Both the position numbers and the translations under genes were made by a program. The notes under the pieces were generated by a model. That model was given only the letters and a program-made list of their open reading frames with translations, searched no databases and was not told the DNA's origin. A DNA stretch of 64,000 nt, from positions 53,072,001 to 53,136,000 of the forward strand of contig NW_026262712.1 of assembly GCF_021869535.1 (NCBI RefSeq), written 5' to 3'. This stretch comes from Mytilus californianus. Its lineage: Eukaryota. The first letter of the stretch is position 1; each line of letters starts with the position of its first letter. Below are positions 11,528-23,879 of this stretch, piece by piece.

Positions 11528-12257
11528 TCTATACTATTAAATGAGTAGACCTCATTTTGTGTGTCGCTTCTCTTTCTTCCACAATAAATTAATCATCATG
11601 CCTCTGTGTCCTATAGGTACCATGCATAGTCGCATTTTTCATCCTCGCTTAAGATTATTCCGTTTGGGTTATTTGGGAGGAAAACGAAAATAAAGGCGTT
11701 CGGATATTGATTCCGTCATCGGACGGACTTTTAAGTCATAGACAAGACTTCCGTTTAGGACTGTTTAAAATTACACAGAATTTTGGTAAATTTACAAACA
11801 ACCCTTTATTCCTAACTTGATTAGATACAATGTTTTAGGTACCTGAGCTAAAGGAACCGGTATCAAACATTCCTTCGGTCCCTGGAAGTGATAAAAATCC
11901 GATTTCTTGGTACCCCTGGAACCGGTATATACTCATGTTTTATTTAAGAAATAATTCATGCAAGCCATAGATTTGGTAAAGATTTTCACATGGCCTGGGT
12001 CGTCTCCTAACATATTGTACGTTCATGTTACTACAAATAGTTGACCCTTGCCTTGACATTCTTTAGATTTACATCCAATATTTTGAACAGGTGAAAAATT
12101 CAAAATGTTATATTGACATCAGTTCATGTTTAAGATACTTTTGATACCTTTCCTGAAATTTTCCAGTCATAAAATCTTTTACTAAAATTCATCCTACAAC
12201 AGTTTACATACTTTCAACCACGCCCTAAATGCCCGCGATTTAGCGGGTGTGTTCTAG
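11528..12257 (+). mobile_element. Non-autonomous Helitron (730 bp)
   Basis: A|TCTATACTATTAAA 5' end. 3' end has hairpin cccgc-gattta-gcggg followed by tgttCTAG|T. Inserted between A and T with no TSD. Confidence 0.85.
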
Positions 12258-15200
12258 TTGTATTTATAAGAAAATAGAAATAAGCGTAGTATAAAGTAAG
12301 TACGATGTCCATCCATCCTGGTTCCTAAATGTCAAGTTGGTGTGTTCAGTTTAGAACGTTCGATTTACCTTCATCACAAAATTAAAGTGAATGCGATTTG
12401 AAAATAAAGGAATCGACAGAACATATTCATTATCAGTGCTGTTAGATAAGATTCTTCGTTCAAAAAGATATTGAATTTGTATAATTTGATATGATTTTAA
12501 ACGAGTTCCTATGGTTTTTTTATGTAATGTTTAGAAATATTTTGATTTTAAAATAAAATAATGACAATAGTTATAGATTATCGTTGGTCATCTCAACGAG
12601 ATTGATTTTATCGCTTGAGCCGGTACGGCGAAAGTGAGAAAAGCAATCGAGTTGAGATGACCAATGATAATCTGTTAACGCTGTTTTACCTATGACGACG
12701 TTGTTAATTTCATTGACAACAGCACGTGTGCCCTTAGTTTCTAGCGATAATTTTTCATATCACTCTACTGTGCCGAGAAAGGAAATTATCAGTCAGAAAG
12801 ATTAAAGGAAAATTTCGTGAAATAGCGATAATTGCTATTATGTGTTATACACTTTGTTGAATTTTGATTTAAATTTAAATACAAACATTCTATTTCGAAG
12901 TTGAGGTTTGGATCACAGGGAGCAGGTAAGATAATACCAGGTTCGAATGTTAGAAAGGATATTAAATCTATTAGTATACATCTTCTAGATTAGACATCAG
13001 TAATACTATATTTTAGTTGGTGCTATATCATTATTGATAAAGGCTTTGAAGAAACTTTTACATTTAAGGGAAAACTACAATTTAATGTAAAATTACTTCA
13101 CTTCAGTCCTGCACAGAACATTCTTCACATAAATAGTGTCCAACACAAAGCGTGTGTTAGGTTAGCAATTTTATTCTTATTGTACCCCTAATATTTTTGT
13201 TAATTGTATAAGAACAGCAGCCTTACCCTATCAAATCCCTGATTTATGACTTTTGCCGGAATTTATATAATTGTACAAGGTTAAATGCCATTTAAATAAC
13301 AAATGATAGCTATTATCATACCCCATCATTTTGTCTTCAATGATAGACTTGTATGAATATGATATTTTAATTCTAAACCCTAATTTGCCCGGAAACTTAC
13401 TAGGTTGTCATTGAACTCCACAAGTAAGACCAAAGGGAAACGCTAAGTTTTAAGCAACACCAATTATCAACAGTATTTGAAATAAGTCATACGTGTCAAA
13501 TGAAAAACAATTCTGGTCTTATTTCTGCTTTATTGGGTTGTCAGGTTTTCTTCAACTTTGAGTTTTGTATCTCCCTTGGTATTTTCCGCCTTTTTTCATT
13601 TTTTATTAACATACAAGATTTTGAAATTGATTTTGTATCAAACGATAATTTAGAAAAAGTAATGCCTGCGATTCTTACAACTAATGCAGGGGTGATATGT
13701 GTAAGTTAATTTTATCATGGTGCAAAGTAAAAGTAATTTTTACTGGCCTTTCATTCACAACATAAATGCAGAAATTAAACTCGAATAAATGGAATCATTT
13801 AAAATTGAACACACATTTCATGTATATTTACAACTCTTGTTAAATTTATACCATGTATACAGTATCACTGTACTTAATTAATATTGTAACAATATATGAA
13901 CAGTTTGTCACTATAGAATTTACTAATCGCGTGTCTATCCGATTCAGTTGTTGTGTAATTTCAATCATTCGCTTAGAAAAATTTCGCCTGAATTTTTACT
14001 TTAGAGTCCTGTAAGATCTTTAACAAAAACATGTTTATGAGAAAATCTAGATTGTGTCATATTTTTTTGGCAACCTTTTTGTTTGAAAAAGAATTATTGA
14101 CTATCGGAGAAGTTGTTGGCAAGGAAATGAATAGTCGATTGGAATTGGGCCTCAATTATAACACTGAGGCATTGGAAAACATTTCCGCCATATTGAAAGA
14201 CAACACTAAGAAACTAAAAAAAAATACCGAAAGCATAAAACGTAATTATAAAATGCTGGAAGATATTCTAAAATTCTTGAAAGGGCTTGATTTTTTTTAA
14301 GGTGATGTCGCACGGGGCAAAAATTAGCATCATATTTGTTGCTTTCACCGGGACACTATGATACTTGTATGAGTCTTCGATTGTGGCATAGGTCAAGTGG
14401 CTAAAACATATTTATTGAGATGATGTACATTCAACATTTTGGCTGTAAAATTCCAGTTCGTGAATTATCTTATTGTACTTACTATAATCTAAGGTTGCAA
14501 CTAAATCAAACAAATTTCACTTTTTGTAATTTTTGGATAATCTGATAGTTTTTTCTGTTAAGCATTTTAAACAGAAAAAAAAAACACTTATCATTATTAA
14601 GTTCATTATGATTAAATCCGCTTTTAATATTTTGCAACATAAATATTATTTCATATAGTTCATGTTTAAGATACTTTTGATACCTTTCCTGAAATTTTCC
14701 AGTCATAAAATCTTTTACTAAAATTCATCCTACAACAGTTTACATACTTTCAACCACGCCCTAAATGCCCGCGATTTAGCGGGTGTGTTCTAGTTGTATT
14801 TATAAGAAAATAGAAATAAGCGTAGTATAAAGTAAGTACGATGTCCATCCATCCTGGTTCCTAAATGTCAAGTTGGTGTGTTCAGTTTAGAACGTTCGAT
14901 TTACCTTCATCACAAAATTAAAGTGATTGCGATTTGAAAATAAAGGAATCGACAGAACATATTCATTATCAGTGCTGTTAGATAAGATTCTTCGTTCAAA
15001 AAGATATTGAATTTGTATAATTTGATATGATTTTAAACGAGTTCCTATGGTTTTTTTATGTAATGTTTAGAAATATTTTGATTTTAAAATAAAATAATGA
15101 CAATAGTTATAGATTATCGTTGGTCATCTCAACGAGATTGATTTTCTCGCTTGAGCCGGTACGGCGAAAGTGAGAAAAGCAATCGAGTTGAGATGACCAA

Positions 15201-15807
15201 TGATAATCTGTTAACGCTGTTTTACCTATGACGACGTTGTTAATTTCATTGACAACAGCACGTGTGCCCTTAGTTTCTAGCGATAATTTTTCATATCACT
15301 CTACTGTGCCGAGAAAGGAAATTATCAGTCAGAAAGATTAAAGGAAAATTTCGTGAAATAGCGATAATTGCTATTATGTGTTATACACTTTGTTGAATTT
15401 TGATTTAAATTTAAATACAAACATTCTATTTCGAAGTTGAGGTTTGGATCACAGGGAGCAGGTAAGATAATACCAGGTTCGAATGATAGAAAGGATATTA
15501 AATCTATTAGTATACATCTTCTAGATTAGACATCAGTAATACTATATTTTAGTTGGTGCTATATCATTATTGATAAAGGCTTTGAACATTTTGGCTGTAA
15601 AATTCCAGTTCGTGAATTATCTTATTGTACTTACTATAATCTAAGGTTGCAACTAAATCAAACAAATTTCACTTTTTGTAATTTTTGGATAATCTGATAG
15701 TTTTTTCTGTTAAGCATTTTAAACAGAAAAAAAAACACTTATCATTATTAAGTTCATTATGATTAAATCCGCTTTTAATATTTTGCAACATAAATATTAT
15801 TTCATAT
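12121..15807 (+). repeat. Near-identical local duplication A...B-A'-B' (A 12121-13050, B 14435-14656, A' 14657-15586, B' 15587-15807)
   Basis: The 930-bp A/A' pair differs at about 3 positions that I could see. The 222/221-bp B/B' pair differs by one A in a poly-A run. Confidence 0.95.
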
Positions 15808-17724
15808 TTATGCAGCACGCTTTTATAACAGAATTATAAAAAAAAAACATCACACAAGAACAACAAATAATATAAACGATAAAAGGTTGTAATACAAAAA
15901 CTCCTTCAGTAGGGTTATGAGAAATAACAAATACATATTACATTATGCAAGTATTACGGTCACCATCACAATTTGAGTTTGAATATAAAGACACCGTAAT
16001 GTTTTTGATAATTGATTACGAGTAGCTGCCTCACACTATCATATCTCAGATTTATGACTTTTTTGCATCCGTGAGAATTACCATAATTAACATAATTATT
16101 GTGAGAGAATTGAATAACATTTACACTACCAAATGATGGCTTTGACCATACATCCTCTCTTCACCCCCCTCCCCCCACCCCCCGTGGTACTGTATCCTTC
16201 CCCTCCCCAGCTACTGCATGTTGTCTTTAACTAGTTGCTTATGATTATTCCCATTTTAAAATATTTTTGCAGCGAAATGAGATATGTTCATACTATGTTC
16301 AGACCGTTCAGTCGTTGTAATTTACCTGTACGTATCAACATCATATTGAATTATCTGGAAAGCAACTGAACAGTGCTAAATTGACTGCAAGCGAATTGTC
16401 TGAACAGTATTGAATATACTGCAGTGGATAAGTGTGAAAATGACTGAAAGACTGAACAACTAAATAATGTTGTGTTCAGATTTTTCAGATGGTGTTCAGA
16501 TCAAAATTACCGTTTAAGACTATGTGGATGATTAATGTATAGATTTATGTGATTTTAACATCGGTACACTAAGGTTCCTTCTTATCTATCCAAAAAAAAC
16601 ATGTACATCAGAATGATATTTTTTATTTTAGATTCAAAACCAGAAAAAAAACTGCTTGAAGTGGCTCAAGGGAAACGTACATACCAAAGTTCAACATGGA
16701 ACCCTTTATATCCTTCTCAACTTGCTGTTGACGGACGTCTAGTTACAATTCAACATACAAACAAGGAACATTTTCCATTTTGGATAGTAGATCTTGGCAA
16801 GATGTATAACATAGAACGAGTCGAAATTTATAATGAGCCAAACTCTTGTGGTAAGTCATTTTTCTAAAAATCTTTTTTGAAAAAAAGAAGTTGGTTTTAG
16901 TAATATTAAAGAAACAATGAAATAGTTAAGAATTGCAATGTATCTTCATGATATTGAAATAACATTTTTGCCCGACATAGAATTATCCCCAGTATAATTT
17001 CTTGTAATCAAAGGCGTGTCACTGTAAGATACCCTATGCAATATAGGCCATTGAAAAAATATCAAGAAACACTAGTTAATATTTTACAAGTCTTAGAATA
17101 TATTTGTGCTAGTATATGCAGTTAACTTTAATTTGAAAGTCTCAAAATTTCAGATGCTTTCATGCGAAATATGTTTAGAGAACAGACACATATTTTTATA
17201 TACATTTCCTTGCGAATTTGTACGATCGTAGATAAAGAAAAAAAATTTACTTTTTATTTCATATTACTTCATCTGTTATATTAACCTTCAATATAGACAC
17301 GAAATGTTGACGTTGAGTTCCACAACTGACTAAATCGAGAAATATACAAGTTGTCTGTTAATCACCTTTCAAAATACGCTCATGTGAAGCTAGTCTGACC
17401 TATTAACAAATGTACGCTTTTGTACATCCACGGTTCTAGGTAAACAAGGCCAATAAAACCAAAGTTCACAAGTATAGAGAATTATAATACTAGTACATCA
17501 TTAATGTTCAATTCTAATTGTTTTGTAAGAGAACGTCTTCGTGATTTAGATGTTTTAATTGGACCATACCACAATGCTATGAAAATATGTGCACACTATG
17601 CTGTGCAGGAGATCATCTGGTATTCAACTGTAGCGGAGTCTTACCAGGGAGATATGTAAAACTTATGATGAGGAGAACGGAATATCTCCATGTAGCTGAA
17701 GTGAAAGTTTTTGCTATGACATAA
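14031..17724 (+). pseudogene. F-type lectin (fucolectin/FTP domain) pseudogene: putative exon 1 14031-14283, exon 2 16632-16850, exon 3 ~17529-17724
   Basis: Exon 2 reads LLEVAQGKRTYQSSTW...SQLAVDG...QHTNKEHFPFWIVDLGKMYNIERVEIYN, bounded by AG/GTAAG. Exon 3 reads ERLRDLDVLIG...CAHYA, frameshift, AGDHLVFNCSGVLPGRYVKLM...LHVAEVKVFAMT*. Exon 1 encodes a hydrophobic leader and coiled coil, but its expected donor reads GG; that link is tentative. Confidence 0.85.
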
Positions 17725-17776
17725 TGAATTGTTGTTTTCTTTATATTATTGTTATCATATTTCTTTGTTATAGATA

Positions 17777-18049
17777 TAAAAAGAAGATGTGGTATGATTG
17801 CCAATGAGACAGCTCTCCACAATAGACCAAATGACACAGAAATTAACAACTATAGGTCACCGTACGACCTTCAACAATGAGCAAAGCCCATACCGCATAG
17901 CCAACTATAAAAAGCTCCGAAATGACAAATGCAAAACAATTCAAACGAGAAAACTAACGGCCTAATTTATGTACAAAATAAAGAACGAAAAACAAATATG
18001 AAACACAGCAAGAAACGACAACCAATGAATTACAAGTTCCTGACTTGGG
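17777..18049 (+). mobile_element. Abundant Mytilus-type interspersed repeat (aagaagatgtggtatgattgccaatgagacaactctcc...); further copies ~1155, ~1885, ~46525, ~47405, 52348-52810, ~58340, 59805-60038, and minus-strand copies ~4770-5310, ~35345-35660, ~41430-41710, ~60990-61270
   Basis: The same consensus recurs more than 10 times on both strands with variable truncation. Class uncertain. Confidence 0.85.
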
Positions 18050-19759
18050 TAAATAGAGTTTATTAACGCACTAGAGTAATACATGCATGCAAATAATAAA
18101 AAGACATATCGTCTTCAAAATTTAAACTTTGCACAACGTAACCATTGTTGTCGTTAAGAAACAAAGTAAGAGTTATTGACTCTTCTTGAAATAGCCTCTA
18201 AATGGTTCCATTTTCCCGTAATGATAAGAAAAAGAAAGTATATAGTGTATAATCTATATCGTACGCGCAATTCACTTGACCTGAAACTAAGGAAAAACAC
18301 TTTTTTTGCTATTCTTCATCGAAAAGTCACAGTGGGAATTTCAAGGATTGTGGCAAAAGCTTGTATCCAAATGCAAGAAAAAAAACGGCAACGATGGGAG
18401 CAGGATTCTTTGCCTAATTTCACGGGTAGTCTCAACCTACAAATGATGACACAGACGTCCGGCTAGGGTTTTTAAAAACATCTCCATTCATATATTGATT
18501 TATTCGAAAATATTTCACAAAATAATCTCAACCCATTTATACATATTCCGAGTTATCATGACATCTTCTTTTAATGAGATGTTTACCACATAGAATCCGT
18601 GATTCATATTATGAGATAAAAATATCAAAACACAGATTATACACACATTGACATATATATTTATAGCCATCGATACATCCGTGAAATTGCACCCCATTGA
18701 TATACTAGTATTTGACATTCCAAAATTGTGACTCATACAAAGGCCATGTCTCTGTATACCTCTATTTAGGGAGAGACCACCGTGCGCGATTGTATAAACA
18801 TAATATAAGGGTAAAAAAAGTAAATACTATCACATTTTGCAAGAAACTACAGAAATATTTGGAGAACCACTGGACACATGTAATATTTGGAAGATAACAG
18901 GATAATATAAAGATGTCATTTTTTTTTCTTGTGTTGTTGGATCTCATGGACATATGCTCCGCACCTTTCACATATAGTTTTGCCTAACTACGCCTTTTTA
19001 ATCAGGAGCACAGGTACAAATGGTGCTACAAAAACTTCACTTTAGAAAAGTTTAGATTTATTAATGAATTTATATATCAACAATATTTGTTCCAAATTAC
19101 ACTCTTCTAGGTGAATGAAAGCAATTCACTTTTTTAAATTTGTTTGAAGAAAAGTTTATCATCTATGGAAAAAAAAAAACATTTTTTCATAAAAATGTAG
19201 TAACCAAGAGATGTAGCTTTGCTTTTTCAAATTTGATAATTTCGCATTTTCTTGTCACCATTTATATACAATGATATATCTTTGTTTTAGCCTTTCAGTC
19301 CAGAATAGTAAAATATCTAAAACTGAATTAATTTGTGAAGTGCTGTAAAATCTCTTTTTTGAAAACTAATCCGGGAATGTTTGCGATGCACTAAATTAAG
19401 GCAAAAGTAGATGTCCAAATCTTGTAACTCGATAAAGAAGAGACAAATCAAGGTGAAAAACAAAACATGAGGGAATCGTATCAACTCAAAAAGGGCGAAT
19501 CGACAGGCATACGTGCTACTGTAGAATCAATAGTTTCACACAATACATGAACAGTAATTACTTCCATTCGTTTCGTTTGATTTTGAAAGTTTTTATTGAC
19601 TTTCCCCTTTTTGAATTTTTATCTTGAATTTTTTTTTTACTGCTTCATTATCGACGTCGTGAAATCACTTGTGCAACTCAATAGAAAAGTATGGAATGCC
19701 ACAGCTATCTTATGTGGTACTCTGGTATTACGTTACATTGTTTTATTTTGTCTTTACAT

Positions 19760-19950
19760 ACATGTAATATGGTTTTGACATTACGTAATGATGTTTTGAT
19801 ATAACTCAATATGAAATAGTCATTACTTAATGATACTTCAATATTACTTGATATGGTTTCGTATTGAATTGTTATGTCATTACTTAATATGGTTTGGTCA
19901 TTACTCGGTCTGGTTTCACCATTATTTAGTGTGGCTGTGTCGTTAGGCAA
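19760..19950. repeat. Degenerate 21-bp minisatellite
   Basis: Repeated tcattacttaatatggttt-like units explain the SND-repeat minus-strand ORF 19705-19950. Confidence 0.6.
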
Positions 19951-21590
19951 TGTTGTTTTAACTTTACATTTTTTAGATTTCTATGTTGTGTTTCATATAC
20001 TTTAACATTGTTTATCTTTTGTACGCATACAATTATGTGATGAGGCTTTTTATCAACTGGCATGTGTCAAATTTGTGCCGCTTAATATGCTGTAATACGC
20101 AAAAGTGCAACTTCGATCTTTAAAAATTCTGACGAAGCGGTTCCGATAGTGATTTACGAGTTGCGTATCTTTGTTGACACTTTTGAAGAACAAAGGTATT
20201 TGTACTATTATATATCAGGCTGATATCCATTTGAAGTTAAACAAAAGAAATGGAACTCTTCATTAGAGAAGGTAAAAATGGTCTTGTTGGTATATTTGAA
20301 TTGTTTAAATCGGTTTCTATGGTCTTTAAAAGTTTAATGTAGGTGCTTAAATTATGATGTTTTGCATCTTATATACATGTTTGCATTTTGTTTAAAGCAT
20401 GGAGCTTTGAGATATTTGTAAACTTTTAAACTAGAGACAAATCATTAAGTCGTTTATGCTATGTGCAAATACATGTGGATCTTTTATGTGCATAATCAAA
20501 AATTCAGATTAAAAAAAAATCCACAGAAAGATAAAAAAAAATGGTCTTTTTTAAGCAAAAAGTTGCATCTCTGCCCCCGACAACATTTTTTTTTTTTTGG
20601 GAAACAATCCTAAAAAAAAGTCAATAATCTCATCTAAAAGAGAAAGTTGGGTACACCTTTTTTGTGTTCAGGCGTGTTAGAGTTGGCTGTTTTGTCTTGA
20701 AAACGTATAAAGCAACAGTATGTGAGACCCAATCTCGCTTCCGGCTTTATTATTATTATTCATTAAGGCTACATATTTATATAATAATAATAATAATTCA
20801 CAGTACCAAAGATATATGTATATTGGTCAAGCGAAATACCTTTCTAATGAGCCATGACAACAGAGTAGGTGTGTTTAAATATCAAGTTTATAATACAAAA
20901 TAACAAAAAGCACTTGTTACAAGTGGATCTTAAAAATGCATAATTTTAAAACAAATTCTCATTTTTTGTGTATATTACCTAGTGTAATTCGTCTTCAACC
21001 TCTGAAAGTTATTAGTGTTTCCTTCCACAAAATATTCAGTTACATGTTTTTGATGTTTTTGAACTTTTGGAAATTCACCCTGACAAAAAAAGTAAAATAA
21101 CAAAAATACCGAAATGCAAGGGAAATTCAAAACGGAAAGTCCTTTATAACATGGCAAAATCAAAAGCTCAAACACATTTAACAAATGGAAAACAACTGTC
21201 ATATTCTGATCAGACAATAGTTTTAAGTTGACAAAAGGCATACAAGTAAATTACATGATGCTTAAATGCTAGTAGATAAATTTTGTCTTTTTTAAAATAT
21301 AACTGTCATGTTAGAATGGTAATGATGCTATGTGGACAAATTATCAGTTTTCAAGAGCTAAATTGACATCCCGACAATGCCTTCCATTTTCGAGATTAAA
21401 AAATAGAAAAAATAAGTTTGCGTAATAGGGAGATAATTTTGACGAAGTAGAATCCGGACTAATATATTTAGCACTTTATGATGTTAGTTACAAGTAAACA
21501 TATTTAAAAATAAGTAATTACATTTTAACTGAATATAATTGATTATATTTCTATCCTGCAGTTATACGTAAATCATTGTCGAAAACAATC

Positions 21591-23245
21591 AAGACAAATA
21601 TAATAGTATATTGACGTTGACTAATACTGAAATAAGAATAAGGCTTAGAAACAGGGAAATTCGAGACAGTATTTGCCAAATGTTCAAATCGTTTTATTTC
21701 AAGTCAATATTTTTGTTGTTGTCATATAATGAATTTTATTTGCTAATTTTCAAAAAAAGAAAAAAATGATATTAGACAGTAGGGTAGATTAATTGTTTGT
21801 TTATTGCTATATTGAAAAAAGAGGGAGTTATTTATACTGCACATGTATGATGTCTCTGCAGTGGTCATTAATGTCTGAATCCAACGGCAAGTAAGAAACA
21901 GAAAACAGATTTTTTTTTCTGAATTGCCGCCAATTAAACTTTTTCCGCGAAAAAAAACGCAACATTAGAATGGCGTGCTTAACTATCAGTCCCGTTGTTA
22001 TCTTTAGAAAGTATCAACAACGGTCGTTTCTAAATGTTTGTTTTCCGACTGATCTGGTTATTTGACATATCATTTCATATTTAGATAATTTTTCAATTAT
22101 CAGTGCTATCCCTTCCAAAAAGCTAATAAGAACAAAAACAAAACAAAACAGAACAAGCAACCAATACATACGACTTGTCATGTTGATAGTTCTGAATTCC
22201 TTATGATATGGATTGCCATATATAATAAGTCGCCTTTTGAATGCACACATCAACCTTGCACAAATAATGTTTACATCTTCCAGTCAGCCCTTAAACAATA
22301 AAGGATTATTAAGCATTCTTTAATACAATCATAAACTTTAGATTACTTTTAAATATTTTACTTCAGCATTAAAAAACACCAACTTATATAGAAATAACAT
22401 GTCAAAGACTAGACGAATACCTAATGAGCAGTTAGACATTAGATCACAACGGCTTTTAATAGAATTTCGTGTTGCTCAGTCTTTAGTTTTCAATCTTGTG
22501 TTATGTATAATGTTGTTTGTCATTTGGTTTTTTTTTTTGTGTTTTTCAATGGCGTTGTCAGTTTGTCAGACTAATGAATTTGAATATCCTTTGGTATCTT
22601 CAACCCCTCTTTTAGACCTTAAAACTGGAAAGTGTGGAATGAGAACTATCGAAAACAACCCTTTCGTCTTAAACTTTAAATAGTTCTCGTATGATCCTCG
22701 ATGCAAATTGTCGAAACGTGTGTCATTTGTATCTGTGGTAACTTTTACATTGCATTCAATGGGACGAATGTCACCACCAAACGTCAAATAACTTGCCGAG
22801 ATGACAACATATTTACCGCGGAAGGTAAAGTTAAAGGATAAAACTAGTTTCCGTTCACTACATGTATTTATGAGAAATTCTGTCTGAAGTCTGTATCATA
22901 CAAACACGAGTACAAATGCTTTTTTCGTGTATTATAACTGTAACTGTTAGGATACTGGTGAATAAAGACAAATATAATTATAGTATATTGACGTTGACTA
23001 ATACTGAAATAAGAATAAGGCTTAGAAACAGGGAAATGCGAGACTGTATTTGCCAAATTTTCAAATCGTTTTATTTCAAGTCAATATTTTTGTTGTTGTC
23101 ATATAATCAATTTTATTTGCTAATTTAAGAAAATGAATAAAATGATTTAAGACAGCAGGGTTGATTATTTCTGTTTGTTTATTGTTATACTGAATCAAGA
23201 GGGAGCTATTTGTTCTGCACATGTATGATGTCTCTGCACTGGTCA
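21591..23245 (+). repeat. ~280-bp direct repeat pair (21591-21867 and 22965-23245)
   Basis: aagacaaatataat ... gacgttgactaatactgaaataagaataaggcttagaaacagggaaat ... gcacatgtatgatgtctctgca occurs twice, roughly 85-90% identical by eye. Confidence 0.9.
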
Positions 23246-23334
23246 GTGGATCAGTTTTGTCAAACGTAGTTAGTCGATTATTGTTGAGATAAGATAACAC
23301 GTTTTACGTGTATAGAAATTCAACTAATGACCAG

Positions 23335-23464
23335 TGCATGATTGGAGTACGTCTTCCTTATTGGTCAATGATTCTTGCGGAGTCAGCACGAGTTCATGTG
23401 TATGTATGTACTTCCTTTTATCACCAGTTTTGACTTGTTAATTTGTTATTCCTATCAAGTAAGT
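23335..23464 (+). promoter_or_regulatory. Candidate promoter and non-coding first exon for the 23880 gene
   Basis: Two reverse CCAAT boxes (ATTGG at 23341 and 23360) in a locally more GC-rich patch. A consensus donor GTAAGT lies at 23459, ~420 bp upstream of the ATG. Confidence 0.3.
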
Positions 23465-23879
23465 TATGTGAAATTTAAATTCCCTACCGTATACCTCCCT
23501 TAATGTTCCGTGTAAGATGTCTGTACGGGGTTTACCATTCGGTTTTGTTGTTCGGTTGTTTCCATGTTTTAAACGTAAAGGATCCGCGTTGGTTGATCGC
23601 AAAGGAGTCATTTAATGTCAAACTCCGCGTATAGGTTCAGATAGAGAAAAAAATCGTTTAAATGTATACATGTTTTATTTTTAAGTTTCATAAATTTTTT
23701 CCCATTTTTTTTAAAGTGGATAAATTTTAAACAATAATAAAATAAATTAAAATTTATCGTTTGCATCACTATGATAATGTTATTTATTGACTTTTTTACG
23801 ACTGTTTAAATGTCAACCTGTTTACTAGTATTGTAAATCACTGATGTCATAATCTAGCAGTCAAAGTTATACTTTCTAA

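Noticed and set aside
19705-19950. SND-repeat 81-aa ORF
   Set aside because: Degenerate minisatellite with no codon-position pattern or splice sites.
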